Source: Vermamoeba vermiformis (lineage: Eukaryota). From it: 64,000 nucleotides of DNA. Under the pieces are notes generated by a model that saw only the letters and a list, made by a program, of their open reading frames with translations, searched no databases and was not told where the DNA came from. Shown one piece after another: positions 34,525-47,493 of this stretch (position 1 is the stretch's first letter; the number at the start of each line of letters is the position of its first letter). The DNA lies in contig JBEWZL010000145.1 in assembly GCA_045837725.1 (NCBI GenBank), positions 1-64,000 of the forward strand, written 5' to 3'. Made by a program: the position numbers and the translations under genes.

Positions 34525-36302
34525 TCAAAACAATACGTCAGCGTCGTCGTCTTTTGGTCCAGCGATAAAATTCGGAAGTTTTCTGATGACATCAGGGTAA
34601 GCGTTGTAATAAGACCAAGGCTGCGCTGTGCCCCATTCTGCAAGCGATATCTTGTTCGAGAACGCAACGGACTGCAAAGATGTCAAATGTGTCAAAAACA
34701 TCGAGTTCGCTGTGGTGCTTCTGCAAATGAATCTCGTCAGTTTCTGTAGACTCGTGAGCTGTGCTATCTCGTCATTTGTAATCACAATGCAATCTAGTTC
34801 TCGCAATCGTGTCAACTTCGAGATGTGTTCAGTGCCAACTGCTTGACGGAAAGATAACGAAGTCAATGCAAGCCATTGGTCGTGAAAAATGTCTTCATTC
34901 GTGATCGGAAACTCAAGCCTCTCCAGTTTCGAAAGTTTGTTGAGCGAATGGATGACTTTGTTGGTTCGTGGTGTGATGACAAGTGTTCGCAAGTTGGTCA
35001 TCTCCACGAGATCCAGCGGCACCTCGTTGGAGTTATGTAATGATTTGAAGTCCAAGTATAGTGCTCGTAGGTTCGTTAGTCTATTAATCCAATCTAGCTC
35101 AGGTGTTTTGATGCCTCCAATCGATAGTTTGGTCAACTTTGATAAATTTGATAAAACGGCCATGTCCGTGATTGATTGACGTAGCACTAAATTGAGCTCG
35201 CGGAGGTTCGTGAACGATGAAATTTCGTCAATTTCTTTCGATTTTAGGTCTACTGACAACTTTGTGAGCGTTTTTGGGTTCATGAATTGGAAAAATTTTC
35301 CGGTGACTTCGATATTCTGTTGCTCTTCTTCTTGGCCATTTAAACAAAATTCTTCTAATTGAGGGAATTCTTTTAATCCGATCAAATCGTTGTCATTCGT
35401 GCGATCAAGTTTTCCAGGTTGTATTGTCAATGACTTGAGCGTTGTATGTTTGGAGAATCCTTGAACCAAAATCTTCGTCTTTAATCGTGTCAGTCTTGTA
35501 CTGTTACAATAAGCAGGTCGCATTTTAGGAGCCATTACATCGAACTCTTCCAGATTAGGCGAGTCTAAATCGAGATCGTGCACGAACGAGCAGGGTTCGC
35601 AGATCTTCAAAACTTTCAAGTTGGTCAATTTGTTCAATCTTTGTTGCACCAACCAATCGACGTCAGTACGCCGTATAATTAATGTTGTAAGTTTGGGTGT
35701 TTCTTCAAATATTGGAATTTTAGAGAAGCCACGTCCAGCGTAGAATTCCAAATTTGGTAATTTCGGCCAATCCTTAGCTTTGTCGGCGATCATTGACCTA
35801 ACGTCCAATCGAGTCAACGATGTTGCCATTAATGAGTCGGAGAATTTGATCGATAAAAGCCCTTCAACGCGTTGGAGATCCGATCCGGCTGAAAAGTTTA
35901 AAACCAACAATGATTCCAATCGTTTCTTGTTCAACATTGAAAATTCAAGGCCAGTGAGGTTCGTGAGCTTATTAAATACATCGCGGGTACCCATGACCTT
36001 CTGCGAGAGTTTATCTGCTTTATGAAACTTCAAACTGAACGGATGTTGACATCTGCTGAACGTGTCAACGATATTGTCTATTTGAGAGCCATCAGGCAAA
36101 TAAATATCAAAATTTGAGGTATTGTATAGCTGAAACCATTTCTTGCAAATTAATCGTGCTCTTAAACGGCATTCTCTGTCAAAAAATGATTCGATCCAAA
36201 AGTTGATTTCTGGTGGAAACTCTTCAAATAAATTCTAATACATTATTATTTAACATCGCATTAATTTTAAAAAATTGATTGACTTACGCGACTGCTTTCC
36301 AT
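34525..36302 (-). CDS. F-box + LRR protein, copy 2 (intact)
   Basis: Same two-exon structure as copy 1 but open through KKWFQLYN into the 524-aa LRR ORF. Confidence 0.88.
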
Positions 36303-39300
36303 GGTCTATACTTTCAAAAATACTTTATCAATTCCAAAAAAATCAGCAAGTTATGCTAACACTAAATAATTGCTACGTTAGAGTTAGGACTAATGTGCCG
36401 ATTGGCTAACTGAGCTAACAATAATCGGAAAAAAGAAAGAAAAAGATTTGTCCGCCGGCAAAAGGCTTCAGCAAGCGCACAAAAACCAAAAAATGAATCA
36501 TTCTTGTTATTAATAATTAATAATTCGAAAATAAAATGCCGTAAGAATAATACGATGGTGCAAGTAAGGGAGCTTTAGTTGTGTTCGTAAAAAGCCCATG
36601 ACTTCATTATGGACGCTTTACGTTGCCATCAAAAGGGCGGCAACAACAAGAACCGAGATGAAACAACTAAAGCTCATTGGCTGATATTGACCAGTAGCAC
36701 CACTGCTATACTGGGTCAATGTGCCTGGATTGTAGTTCGGATCTATGGGCTTGGTTGTGATGGGCGGAGGGTTGTTGCTCGTATCATTGGCAACGACAAT
36801 CATTGACGTGAAGGGCGTCACAAATTGATAATCCAGCGCCATTTGCGTGGCTCTATATGACTCGTTAATACTTGTCCCATGTGTCCTCCGATCAAAAAAC
36901 TTACCTGGCTCGCGAACTGTTGGCGTCGACTTGGTTTCCAAGACTGTTTTGAATGTCATATTGTGCGACCAATTCTTGAATAGTCCAATAGGCCCAAATA
37001 ACTTCCGTGTTCAGTTGCGTAGTGTTGCTCACGGGAACGTTCTTGTTGTACTCTACAAGTCCGTTCTTCGTGCTGCCTGTCACGTGGATATCGACTGCAT
37101 TGACTGCACTCGCAATTCTTCCGGTGACGATAATCTCAGAACCTTCGAACAAGTACTTAAACGAGTTCTGCGTGACGTCCTTAGTGCTGTCGAGGAGGTT
37201 AGTTAAAGCTATAAATTGAGCTTGAAGTCGCTCGTACCTTTGATAAGGGTTGTACTCGATGACCACAGAGCTCATGATTGGCTTATTGATTTCAGCGAAG
37301 AACGATTCTAATTGCGATTGAGCTGATGAATCGTCGATAATGCGGCGATCGAAACTGCAAAGAAACGTTAGTTTGTTGACACGTGTCAAGGTGGAAATAC
37401 TTTCGAAAGTGTCAAAGTGTCAAACCTTACCCGTTATTCTCAGCAGCGATTGATCGCAACAATTCATAATCTAAAGAGTAACCAAATCCTAAGCAGAAGA
37501 TCGATACTCCGTTGACATTAACATTGCGCACATTGGATCTGATGTTGTCCGAATTTGTTTCTCCTTCCGTAGCCTCACCTAGTACGCGAGACAGTTTAGC
37601 GATATGTCCTACTAATTGATGGAAGCTATCTTACCGTCAGTAAGGAAAACGATGATGGGTAGATATGAGCTCGAGTAGCCGTTGTTGATGCTACTCAACG
37701 CTTGCAACAAAGCCTGATTGATGTTGGTGCTGCCATCAGCCCGAAGATTCGAAATGAACTGCTTGCCTTGGTCTTTGTTGTAATCCGAGGCTGAGACCGG
37801 ATTCGACCGCCACAAACTAACTGCGCTCTACATCAAACATTAGACTGATTCACCCGGTGAATGTTATAACATTTAGTAATCATGCATTTGACTTACAGAG
37901 AATGAAATGACATTGAATTTATCTTCGCTGCTGAGCCACGAGACAAACGTTGAAGCGGCGTTTCGGGCCTGCTCGATTTTGCTGCCACTCATGGAACCTT
38001 TTAAATAATTATTATAAGATTATGATGTGTAGTTTTATCTATAAGATACCTGACGTGTCGATGATAAGAATAACTGACTTGGGGATCGTAGGCAGATTTG
38101 AGGGCGAAAAGAAATGAACAAAGTAGTTGTTGTTCACCAACAGGTTGCCTACCACGGTCATTAGTTACATATTAACTGATTTATCTAGAATTACGTACCT
38201 GCGTCAGGCATGGAACCTACTTCATATCTAAGGACTACAGGGCCACTCAACGGATTGGCAGGGCTGAAGACATAAGTCAGATCTGGTCGTTTGGATGTAC
38301 AAATATAAATTCACTTACTTGCCAAGGCCGTAAGTTGCTTGACCCCAGGTGCTATTTGAGACAATAGTAAGGTCGTTATTATGCGACGGAGATTGGAATG
38401 AATAAAGTCCTGATGGTTCGAACACGGTAGCGTCGATCGAGAGCGAACTGATATTGGTAGGGATGTACAACAAGTACTCGTATTTGCCAAGCTTCCTAAA
38501 TAATATGTTATTAATGAAGCAAGTATATTTAAGCCTGTTGGTACCTAGTGAGTAGCATTTTGTAGATCAAGGTAAATTTGGCGGTCAGTCCAGCACCAAC
38601 ATTAGCGCTGACGGCAAAAGTTTGGGTCAATGGACTACCAGTGGCGCCTTCTACCATGCCAGCAGTCTTGTTTTGGTTTTTGGCGTCTTCGTAGATCTGT
38701 TCGGCTTCGGATTTCTCGACGACTGTACCAACGAACAATCTGCCGTTGACTTCAAGCGAGAAATAGGTAATGAATGCGCTCAATGGGACCTCGACTACGA
38801 ATGGAAGTTCCTGATCGGTCGTAGCGATGTTTTTGATGCTCATGCCAAGGGTTGTCGTAGCAAATCTGATCGTTTATGAAAATTAGCTTCAAAATTCATG
38901 ATTAATTTGGACAATAGCGTACCTTGACTCCAATACTGAGGAAATCTCCAAATAACCACGAGGAACCTCTTGAACGGCTCCACGGGAGTCTCTTTCAAAA
39001 ACTAAAATTAAGAATAAAGTTAGTAGTCTGGATCGGACTCAACAAATAATATGACAGCATTTTAAATATCAGGAAAATATTTTACCTCCATTTCGGTCGT
39101 TTAAACGGTAGTGACGGTCGAAGCGTTTCGCATCCACGCCAAATCCAGCACTAGACAGCAAGAGCAAAGAAATAACGAGTAAAGATACTAAACTAGCCTT
39201 ATTGTCCATCATGTACGACAATGTGGCGAGTAGTGGTGTTACGTTCGTTTTGAATGAATTAAATAAACCTGGTTCAACTTTTCTTTTTCTGTTGTCGTAA

Positions 39301-39378
39301 AGAATCAAAATATTTCCTAATTTGGAAATACTCGCGGTATTGTTTTTGAATCATTGACGACAAGTTGTGAATGTATTG
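34550..39378. repeat. Right arm of large inverted duplication
   Basis: Reverse complement of 1-4727 with scattered substitutions and indels. It may extend beyond 39378, because the partner arm leaves the window. Confidence 0.95.
36618..39212 (-). CDS. ITIH-like VIT-vWA GPI-type protein, copy 2 (apparently intact)
   Basis: Same exons as copy 1. Intron 1 is longer with a branch site (actaac) and a phase-compatible acceptor giving G|VFERDSRGAVQE. Confidence 0.87.
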
Positions 39379-39584
39379 GCATCAGACACCTTCAAACTCA
39401 AGTTCTCCTCACGGATCTGCTCGTTGTACAGTAGAAGTGGACCTCCTATATGACATTATCATATTATAAGCAGTATTATAGACATTTTCAAGCTTTACAT
39501 ACCCATTGGCGTTAAAGACTCGAAAATACTGCGCGCTGTCCAAACCCCAAAAAGTTGTTCCGGTACATTCAGATCAACATGCAT
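39351..39584 (-). CDS. Possible short two-exon ORF or gene remnant upstream of the VIT-vWA gene
   Basis: MHVDLNVPEQLFGVWTARSIFESLTPMG spliced via gtatgt...atag to GPLLLYNEQIREENLSLKVSDANTFTTCRQ*. No family recognised. Confidence 0.3.
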
Positions 39585-39889
39585 GGATCATTAACCACGA
39601 AGATAAATTAAACGGTTAAGTAACGGATTTGCATAATTAGCCCATTTTTAGCGAGATTGAGCGGCTTTGTGTATGATTGTAGAGATGTGCATCACTGCGA
39701 TGAAAATACTCTGTTCAATTCACGAAAGACACTTGAATCTAACGTGTCTAACGTGTCATATATGAATATACTATTAGTAATTAAGGACTATGGAATCAAG
39801 TAGGTCAAGTTGAGGATTTTACATGAAAGTAAAGTGAATCTGTACAAAAAATAAACGCACGTGCTTTCGCCATAATAAGGAGTCCTATA

Positions 39890-42379
39890 TTATCGTCGAT
39901 GCTTAATGTCGCTATGACTAATCTTATTCTTTCGCTTTTCGTTCTTCTCTTCTCTATGTACATTGTTGTTGACCACATCCGCTACAAAAGTTGTCTCGCT
40001 GATGTTAGAGCTTTGGGCTTTCGAGACCCTCTTCATATCAACTAGTGCATTCAAGTACTCCAAGGCCACGCGATCTGACCAATTAGGGCTAAGCAGCGGG
40101 AAAATACCTGGAAATAACAACCACGTCAGATCCAAGGCTCGAAATATTTGTTACGATCGAGCTCTTAATTAAGGCGTAGATTACATTACTTAATGGCCTT
40201 GATTGCCAATAAATTACTGCAAATATTCGATATTTGAATCTTTACCACAGTTCGTCAAAATTGAAAAAAAGAAAAAACACTTGTTGACAAATTTGAAAAC
40301 GGCATAACTCGCACTAATATTGATATATAATATATTTAATATGTATAATTACCTTCAGGGAACGACACATGTCCTCCGCAATTAGTGACAACCAAGATCG
40401 TGTTCGGATTCGCTTGACATTCTTTGTAAGGCAGCGCTGATTCATTGACAGTCGGATCATCAATAGCATTAATAAGTAATAAGGGTATCTTAACATCTAT
40501 AATAGAAGTGATTAGCTAACATCGATTTAAATAAAATTTTGGATCACGTACTGGGCAAGAAGTGGATGCAGCTCGCTCGTTTATAATAATGCATCGCTGA
40601 TTCATAGCCAAAGATCACTTTAGTAAAGCTTTCATCAAATGCTTCTAATTTCCAAGACTATAATAGTATTAGTATCATAGTAACTATTTCAGATGTGAAT
40701 CCACGTACTTTTTCAACCAGGGTCCAATCGAGGCCATTGACTGTCTCAAAAACTTTTCTTTGCCTAATAAGGAAATGTCAGTGGCTATCTAAAAAATGAT
40801 CTCGCACATATAGTATCGCAAGTCTAGCTAATTTGAAATTGTCTTTGCAAAAATTTTCGCAGGTGACAAACTATGCCACAACCATTATTGCTTATTTAGG
40901 AAATATTACTGATATACTTACTTCCTAAAAGTACGAATGGTTTCGTACGTGAAGACAGCGTTGTAGAATAACTGCAAAGATTCCTTCGACTTGACAAAAT
41001 CAAAAACGTTCGACACGGAGATTGCTCCGCTCAACGGCGTGTTTTCTCCAACCTCTACAAACTATCCGTTAATATACATAATAATATCACATTAAAATAA
41101 GTATCAGGCAACATTAGTTTGAATTTTTGAGAGATCTAAAAAATATGAAATTTCGATTCCGTCCAAAATTAACATTTGCAAATAAATATAATGAGAGGGT
41201 TATACTGCGTTAATTATCAAACAAATGAGTGATGTTTCCTAATATGGTAATGGCACGTACCGCCCAAGTGTTTGACGACCAAATTGCTGCCCAACGAATA
41301 ACCGATACAAAACAACGGAGCGCGCGGAAATTTCTTATGCACATAGTCCACGACTGCAGCTAAATCATCCGTGTGTTCGGCACTGTAAGGGCGTGCTGTC
41401 TAAATATAACAATTTTTCCTTATTTAGTAATCGTAAACTAAGATCTGGATGTAGGATTTAAAACCGATTATAACTATTATATAATGTCATAAAAATACTA
41501 AACATGATTATTATAATATTATATAAGCCTTATTTAGGGTATTAACGTACTTTGAATTCACATCCGTTGGTACCACGGAAGTTCATAACAACGCAACGCC
41601 ATCCATTTTTCCATGCATGTAAAATAGGATACGCCACGTAAATAGCGCGTGATCCGCCATTAAGGCCTATATAAAACGGATACAATCTATTAGATTCTAA
41701 TTTCTAAAAATTTTGGATCCGATCTGTGTTTCAATTTATTTTAGTTCGCTTACCTGGTACGACTATAAGAGTCGGTGTCTCGTCTGTATATTTATCGCTA
41801 ATAGTCCAATCAAGTGCTAAATCGGCTCCATCTTCAAATTGGAAAATCTCCCTGTCCCAAATTATTAGATGGAGTCACAAACCCAGATTTTTTCGAAAAC
41901 TAAGTTGTTATATTGGTGTTCGCTATTCATGCTAGTTATTATATGCTCATTTTAAAGAGTTGTAACTTTATTTTTTGTAATTTATCCGTTTTCGAATTCC
42001 GAAGTTACCTCTGATATTTGAGCTGACTTGGAAATAATCTAGATATGCCAAAAATGGTACTAACATGCTACAAATAATATATTAGTATCGTTGAGTATTT
42101 TTTTAATTTTTTCTGAAGCCCAAAAAGTTGGATCAAGCGTAAATTTGCACTTACTCGTGTCCACAGCAAAAAAGAGGGCTTGTATTGCTGAAACATTATA
42201 CTGCATCTCGATAATATGTCTTCATTAGTCTTATTCTGGTTATAATACAACTTTGGGGTGGAGATGGCCCAAGTAAAATAATAATATATATAATACCCTA
42301 CAAAAGCGACTAGAACAGCCGCCAATATCCAACTAACGGCAATGTCAAGTTTACGGCCGTATTCTATTGCTCGCTCCAT
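39890..42379 (-). CDS. ABHD1/2/3 (YheT-like) alpha/beta hydrolase with N-terminal TM helix
   Basis: DGADLALDW, PGLNGGSRAIY, NFRGTNG, nucleophile VGYSLGSNL, INAIDDP and GGHVSFPEG read from the minus-strand exons. Confidence 0.88.
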
Positions 42380-43205
42380 GGACTTAAATAAAACTGAAAC
42401 AAATACAACGATGCCTTCAGTTATTTCGGACAATTTCAGAAATTCTCCGAGCGCAATGACGTGACAGACTCCATTTTAATAAACAATATGATAAACCGTA
42501 TTACGTTCTTATATTTATGTATGTCAAATTGGCGAATTACTCCAGCTTGTCAACGAAAATTCTCATCTGAAAAACTATTGTTTACTCATTGCGACAACGT
42601 AATCGCCTGAGGTCTTTGCAGCAAGATGATTTTGAACGCAATGTTAGGATCAACTTTATGCATAAATAATCATCATTTGTACCATTCGAACCCGGATCTA
42701 GCCGTCATGAAAAGTATACAAAATTAGTTCCGTCATTATTGGTCCAGGACATATTCGGCCTGAGAGCAAAAATAGATTGGTATATTTTTATCAAACTTAC
42801 ACGAAAATTCATTTATTACAAGATATTATTGCGTTGAGGAGAAGTTTTGCTGGGTGTGGTCGTCAGACCACAATGATCTGTTTGCAAACGCATTTAACGC
42901 ATGATCTTGCTACTATGAGATCATGCTAACATATCAATAATGTCATTATCTTCTACGTTGCATCAGTGCCACAGAGTTCCCCAGATGTGCACGCACCTTT
43001 AATACTGTTATTAGTTCGATTATTACGTCGATAATCCTAATTTTAGAGTTTGAGACCTATTCAGTCAATATTACGAGTATTTATAGTCTGAGGCATTACG
43101 TAATGGACAAACCTTACCTTGGTAGTAATAATCATGATTTCTCTCGTGCAAACTTGAATCAAATTCTGTTCATTTTTGCTGATGATCTTCTTTTGTGCAT
43201 AATAA

Positions 43206-43438
43206 TGTCGATGATAAGAATAACTGACTTGGGAATTGTAGGCAGATTTGAGGGCGAAAAGAAATGAACAAAGTAGTTGTTGTTCACCAACAGGTTGCCT
43301 GACACGGCCATTAGTTACATATTAACCGATTTATCTAGAATTTCGTACCTGCATCAGGCATGGCACCTACTTCATATCTAAGGACTACTGGGCCACTCAA
43401 CGGATTGGCAGGGCTGAAGACATAAGTCAGATTTGGTC
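43206..43438 (-). pseudogene. 233-bp internal fragment of the VIT-vWA gene (two exons plus intron)
   Basis: Matches 38056-38288 directly and ~1035-1267 as reverse complement, intron included. The flanks are unrelated. Confidence 0.9.
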
Positions 43439-43503
43439 AATGGGAAGAACAAAAGTAAAGTTAAGAAGGCAAAGATTTAGATAAGTTATCTAACATTGCG
43501 TAC

Positions 43504-44637
43504 CTGGCCCTAAGAAGTCACTACTTGGATTGTGTCTCGAGTACCGAGGGTTAGGGTTTGATTCCGGTACAAATCGATCAATCAGACTTTTTTTGTTATC
43601 GCACGGGTTAATAATAGTCTGCTTATTGTTATATAGAATAATATTTTGCTATTACTAGTGTCTAAAACAGCACACGTCATGCTCGGTCATCACGCGTCTG
43701 TTGGTTCGAACGAATCTGCGCAACACACGAACATCTTCATGAACGAATGCTATGGATCGTATATTAATAAAAGCATATACTATGGTCGTATATGCGTCAA
43801 TAATAAGGTACCTTCTAATTCGGCTGGATGTTTTTCGTAAGATCTGAGCAGATCGAATTTGTGTTGAAAAACTGAAGCGATCAAATGACAGGCATAGAGC
43901 AATAAATAGCAAAATCGACCGCCGTACTTCTTATATTGTAAGGTATGTATAATCTAAATACATAATATTAGCAAGTAGATGATTTGTAGTGGATCGTACC
44001 TCGTGACGCAAAACTACATCTTTATCTTCATCGAATTCCTCGTCCAAATAGAATATTATATGACCAACAGTAAATGCGTACCACTTTAGATATAAAATTA
44101 GACCTTAATTTGGATTTCATAAGGACTTACATCCGGAGCGGCGAGGCATTTGTAAATCAATCCCTTTCCAATCGATATTCTAATCTTATTTACTGTTTTT
44201 TCTTCGAAAAATAATCTCATTTCTTCTTTTTCATCCTCTGTCAGTGAGATTGGTGGATTCTGAAGCAGGGATATTGATACGCTAAAAATTTAAAAGATAG
44301 ATCAGCCTCAGTTAACAGCTAAAATTATTAATGTGACTATTTTTCGCTACTGACTAATTTTTGTGTTTATTTTTATTTAATTTAGACTGAAAAATCAAAA
44401 TAAAACGAAATATTTAAACGGAATCTGGTCCCAAAAAAAGATTACATTGACTTACACTATTTTATATATCGGATATAGTATTAAAAACAAGGGGGTAAGT
44501 GCTGCTAAAATTAACTGATTTTTCCATTGCTTCTGAGTGGAGATCAGTTTAACCGCCCGAAATAACAATACAGGCAACTTATAAACCCACTTCAATAGTG
44601 ACAAAACAAGTACTGAGAGTATATCTATTGCCTTCAT
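43504..44637 (-). CDS. HExxH zincin-like protein resembling bacterial DUF4157, with hydrophobic N-terminus (3' end uncertain)
   Basis: Spliced: KIRISIG...|WYAFTVGHIIF...VLRHE|IIHTLQY..YGG...Y...YEKHPAELE|A. Confidence 0.7.
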
Positions 44638-44779
44638 ATGTAATTTTCTGTAATTATTCACCCCAAAATTAGTTTTCGTGCGTGGAACCACGTGAGCAAA
44701 AATCGAAACTCTTTCTCGAAGTTTCCAAAGCTTAAATTAGACCAAAATCGAATATTCGACCACAGGTCAATAAGTTAAT

Positions 44780-45995
44780 ATGGCTGAAACGATTAGTGTA
44801 AGCGATAAATCCATTATTTCTAAATCGAACGCTTGATCTCCCATTCTTCGATGAATTTATCATTACAAAAAACCGCAATATTATTAAAATATACTATTAT
44901 ACCTCGTAATGCGATAAATTTGCTTGTAGATGGAATTTTAATTGCAAGTTATTTATCTAGTATCTTGGTGCAGCAGAGTCGCAACAGATCGACAATGAAT
45001 TATTCGAAATAGGCTTTAATAATGACCAGTTAATGGAATTGGCAGGTATTTAATCAATATCACTTGCTTCAATCAATAAAAAAATTTAATGTAAAATTTT
45101 CAATCAGGTCTCGCTGTTGCTACAGCAGTGCAAAAAGTCTACCCGGCTGAAACTCATCAGAATGTACTCGTAGTAGCTGGTCCTGGCAGTAAGACTTTAT
45201 TCATAATTGATTTTGAAATTTCGAGTGCGGATCGAACTAAAATTAAATAATTTAGACAATGGAGGCGATGCTTTGGTTGCAGCTAGACATCTTGCGCACT
45301 TCGGATATACAACCAAAATATTCTATCCTAAGCGACCTGATAAGGCCCCTTTTAAGGTACGTACATGTGCTCGTAATAGGCACCGTTGGATCTGACCGCT
45401 TGTTTTCTCAGAATTTGTTACAACAATGCGAGGTTATGCACATTGAAGCGATAAAAGACCTGCCTACATCACTCAAAGATCATTTCAATTTGATTCTCGA
45501 TGGTATTTTCGGTTACAGTTTCAAAGGCGACATCCGCGCTCCTTTTGACACTTTGATTCCCGTACGTATACCACCCATACTCTATAATTACGCTGTTATA
45601 GTACCTTGAGCGGAATATTATACTATTTTGGTCATTACGAACTGTTTTGACGATAATGTCCTACAGACTTTGAACAAATCCGGAGTTCCAATCGTGGCAA
45701 TCGATATTCCGTCAGGCTGGGACGTCGAAGAAGGTGACGCACAGGGCCGAGGACTCAACGCAGCAATGTTAATATCTTTGCCACTGCCGAAGAAAGGTGT
45801 CAAAAATTTCAAAGGCATTCATTATCTCGGCGGAAGATTTGTATCAAAGTTCGTTGGACACACAATTATCAAAAAATATCAATTATTGAATAGTATACTA
45901 ATATTGGTATTAATAGGACACTTGCTGAAAAACACAAGTTGATTATTCCTGCGTACCCCGGATCCGACCAAGTCGTTAACATTTCAAAGCTTTAG
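44780..45995 (+). CDS. NAXE: NAD(P)H-hydrate epimerase (YjeF_N)
   Basis: [49 protein letters not shown] and HYLGGRF. Ends ISKL*. Confidence 0.93.
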
Positions 45996-46045
45996 ATCAT
46001 TAGGAATAGGCATATAGCCGATTAAATAGTCTATTATTTGTTTAT

Positions 46046-47283
46046 TTAATGTTTGTTGTATAATCGAAAGATCCGCTTTGCCAGCTTGTTTAACTTTAAA
46101 TGTCCGAAGATCACGTCCCAAATCTCCGAAGGAAGTAATTCGAATAATTCGCTTCGTACAATATTGTGGATAATTATCGCCCAATTTGGTCGTTCTCGTA
46201 GAAGCGTTTTGTTCCGTTCGAGTTTTTCTTCCATTTGCTCGCTGTCGGTCTGTCTATTTAACGATGTTAACGTCACATTTGTGTCTAATGCATCTAATAT
46301 ATAATCGAATAGATCTAATGAAAGATCCATATCTAAGAGATTCAATGTTTCATTTTTTTCTAGCGCTGTTTTGAGGAACGGACCAATCGTGTTGGTGACT
46401 GGGTTGTCGCAAATGTACAACTGTTCTAACGATTTGTTTTGCTCTAACGCTGCAAATAGTGCTTTATAGCCCTCGTCTCCTATTGAATTATTGCGTATAA
46501 TAAGAGTTTTGATCGATGTGCAGTTCTCCAGCCATTTGGCAAGTAGGACACTCGCGTCATTTTGAAGTCCGATGTCATTGGCTGAAAAGTACTCCAGAGT
46601 ATTATTATGATCTAAAGCATCGAAAAATCGTGTTTTGAAACTTGGATCTAACGTTGAAAATCCGAGATCTACGCAACCGCTGATCGTTAGTGTTGTAAGC
46701 TGATTTGATTTTATTATTCTGCATAATGCCTCGATTTGTGGAACTGTCTCTAGTTTTACTTCAAAAAAGTTCAATTTTGTTAATTGTGGCTTTGATAAGA
46801 CCACCTCTGCTAAGCGGCAAAACTGATCGGATTCCAAATTTTCGTAAAACCACGTTAGACTTGTTATATTGTCGTTCTGTTGTAATGCTTCAATAATTTT
46901 GTCAATTACGCCTATTGTGTCTTCACAGCAACCCACTATTTTGAGGTCACTCATCCTGCTGATCAGATCGCACCATTTTTCAATATCTATGTCTAATGAA
47001 ACATTGCACAGCTCTAATTTTTGCAATGCATTCGCTTCCTCTATTTTGTCAAAAAACTCCGACCAGTCCGTGATGGCAAAAGCGTTCGCAATATCGTAAT
47101 CATTATCGATCTAATTAAAAATATTAGAAAATAATAATAATAATGACACTAATCATATCTAGCACTATATAATTGTAATATTGATTTATAAATGCAAATT
47201 TTGAATTTTTCTTTTTTTCAAAGGGGATGCAGATTCAACAGATCGGAACTTACGCTGACGAATTCGATATTAGTGTACTCCAT
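46046..47283 (-). CDS. RNI-like LRR protein with C-terminal F-box-like motif
   Basis: IRNNSIGDEGYKALFAALEQNKSLEQL-type repeats and C-terminal LLPSEIWDVIFGHL. Confidence 0.8.
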
Positions 47284-47493
47284 CAATTAGTACAATCACT
47301 GTCATTGATGTTCTATCTTCCGTATCATGGCACGTGTCGAGCAATGCAAAACGTTACCATAAAATTAATTTTTGTTGCCGTCTCGATTTAAAACCTGACT
47401 TAACTTTAAAGCCCCTCGCGTATATGTACAGTTTATTATTATGGTTTGAATTGCCTCCCAAATGAGCCTTGTTCTAACAACATTAAATGTATT

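Noticed and set aside
4728-34549. The 30-kb block as cargo of a giant transposon with the 4.7-kb arms as TIRs
   Set aside because: The arms are ordinary genes with substantial divergence, the interior holds housekeeping genes (RBM25, VASP), and no transposase or integrase lies inside.
43541-43570. Telomere-like AGGGTTAGGGTTT inside a GTACCG/CGGTAC hairpin, considered as a telomerase template or tRNA B-box
   Set aside because: It lies in a probable minus-strand exon where AAC CCT AAC CCT encodes NPNP. Only two repeats, with no cloverleaf or other telomerase RNA features.
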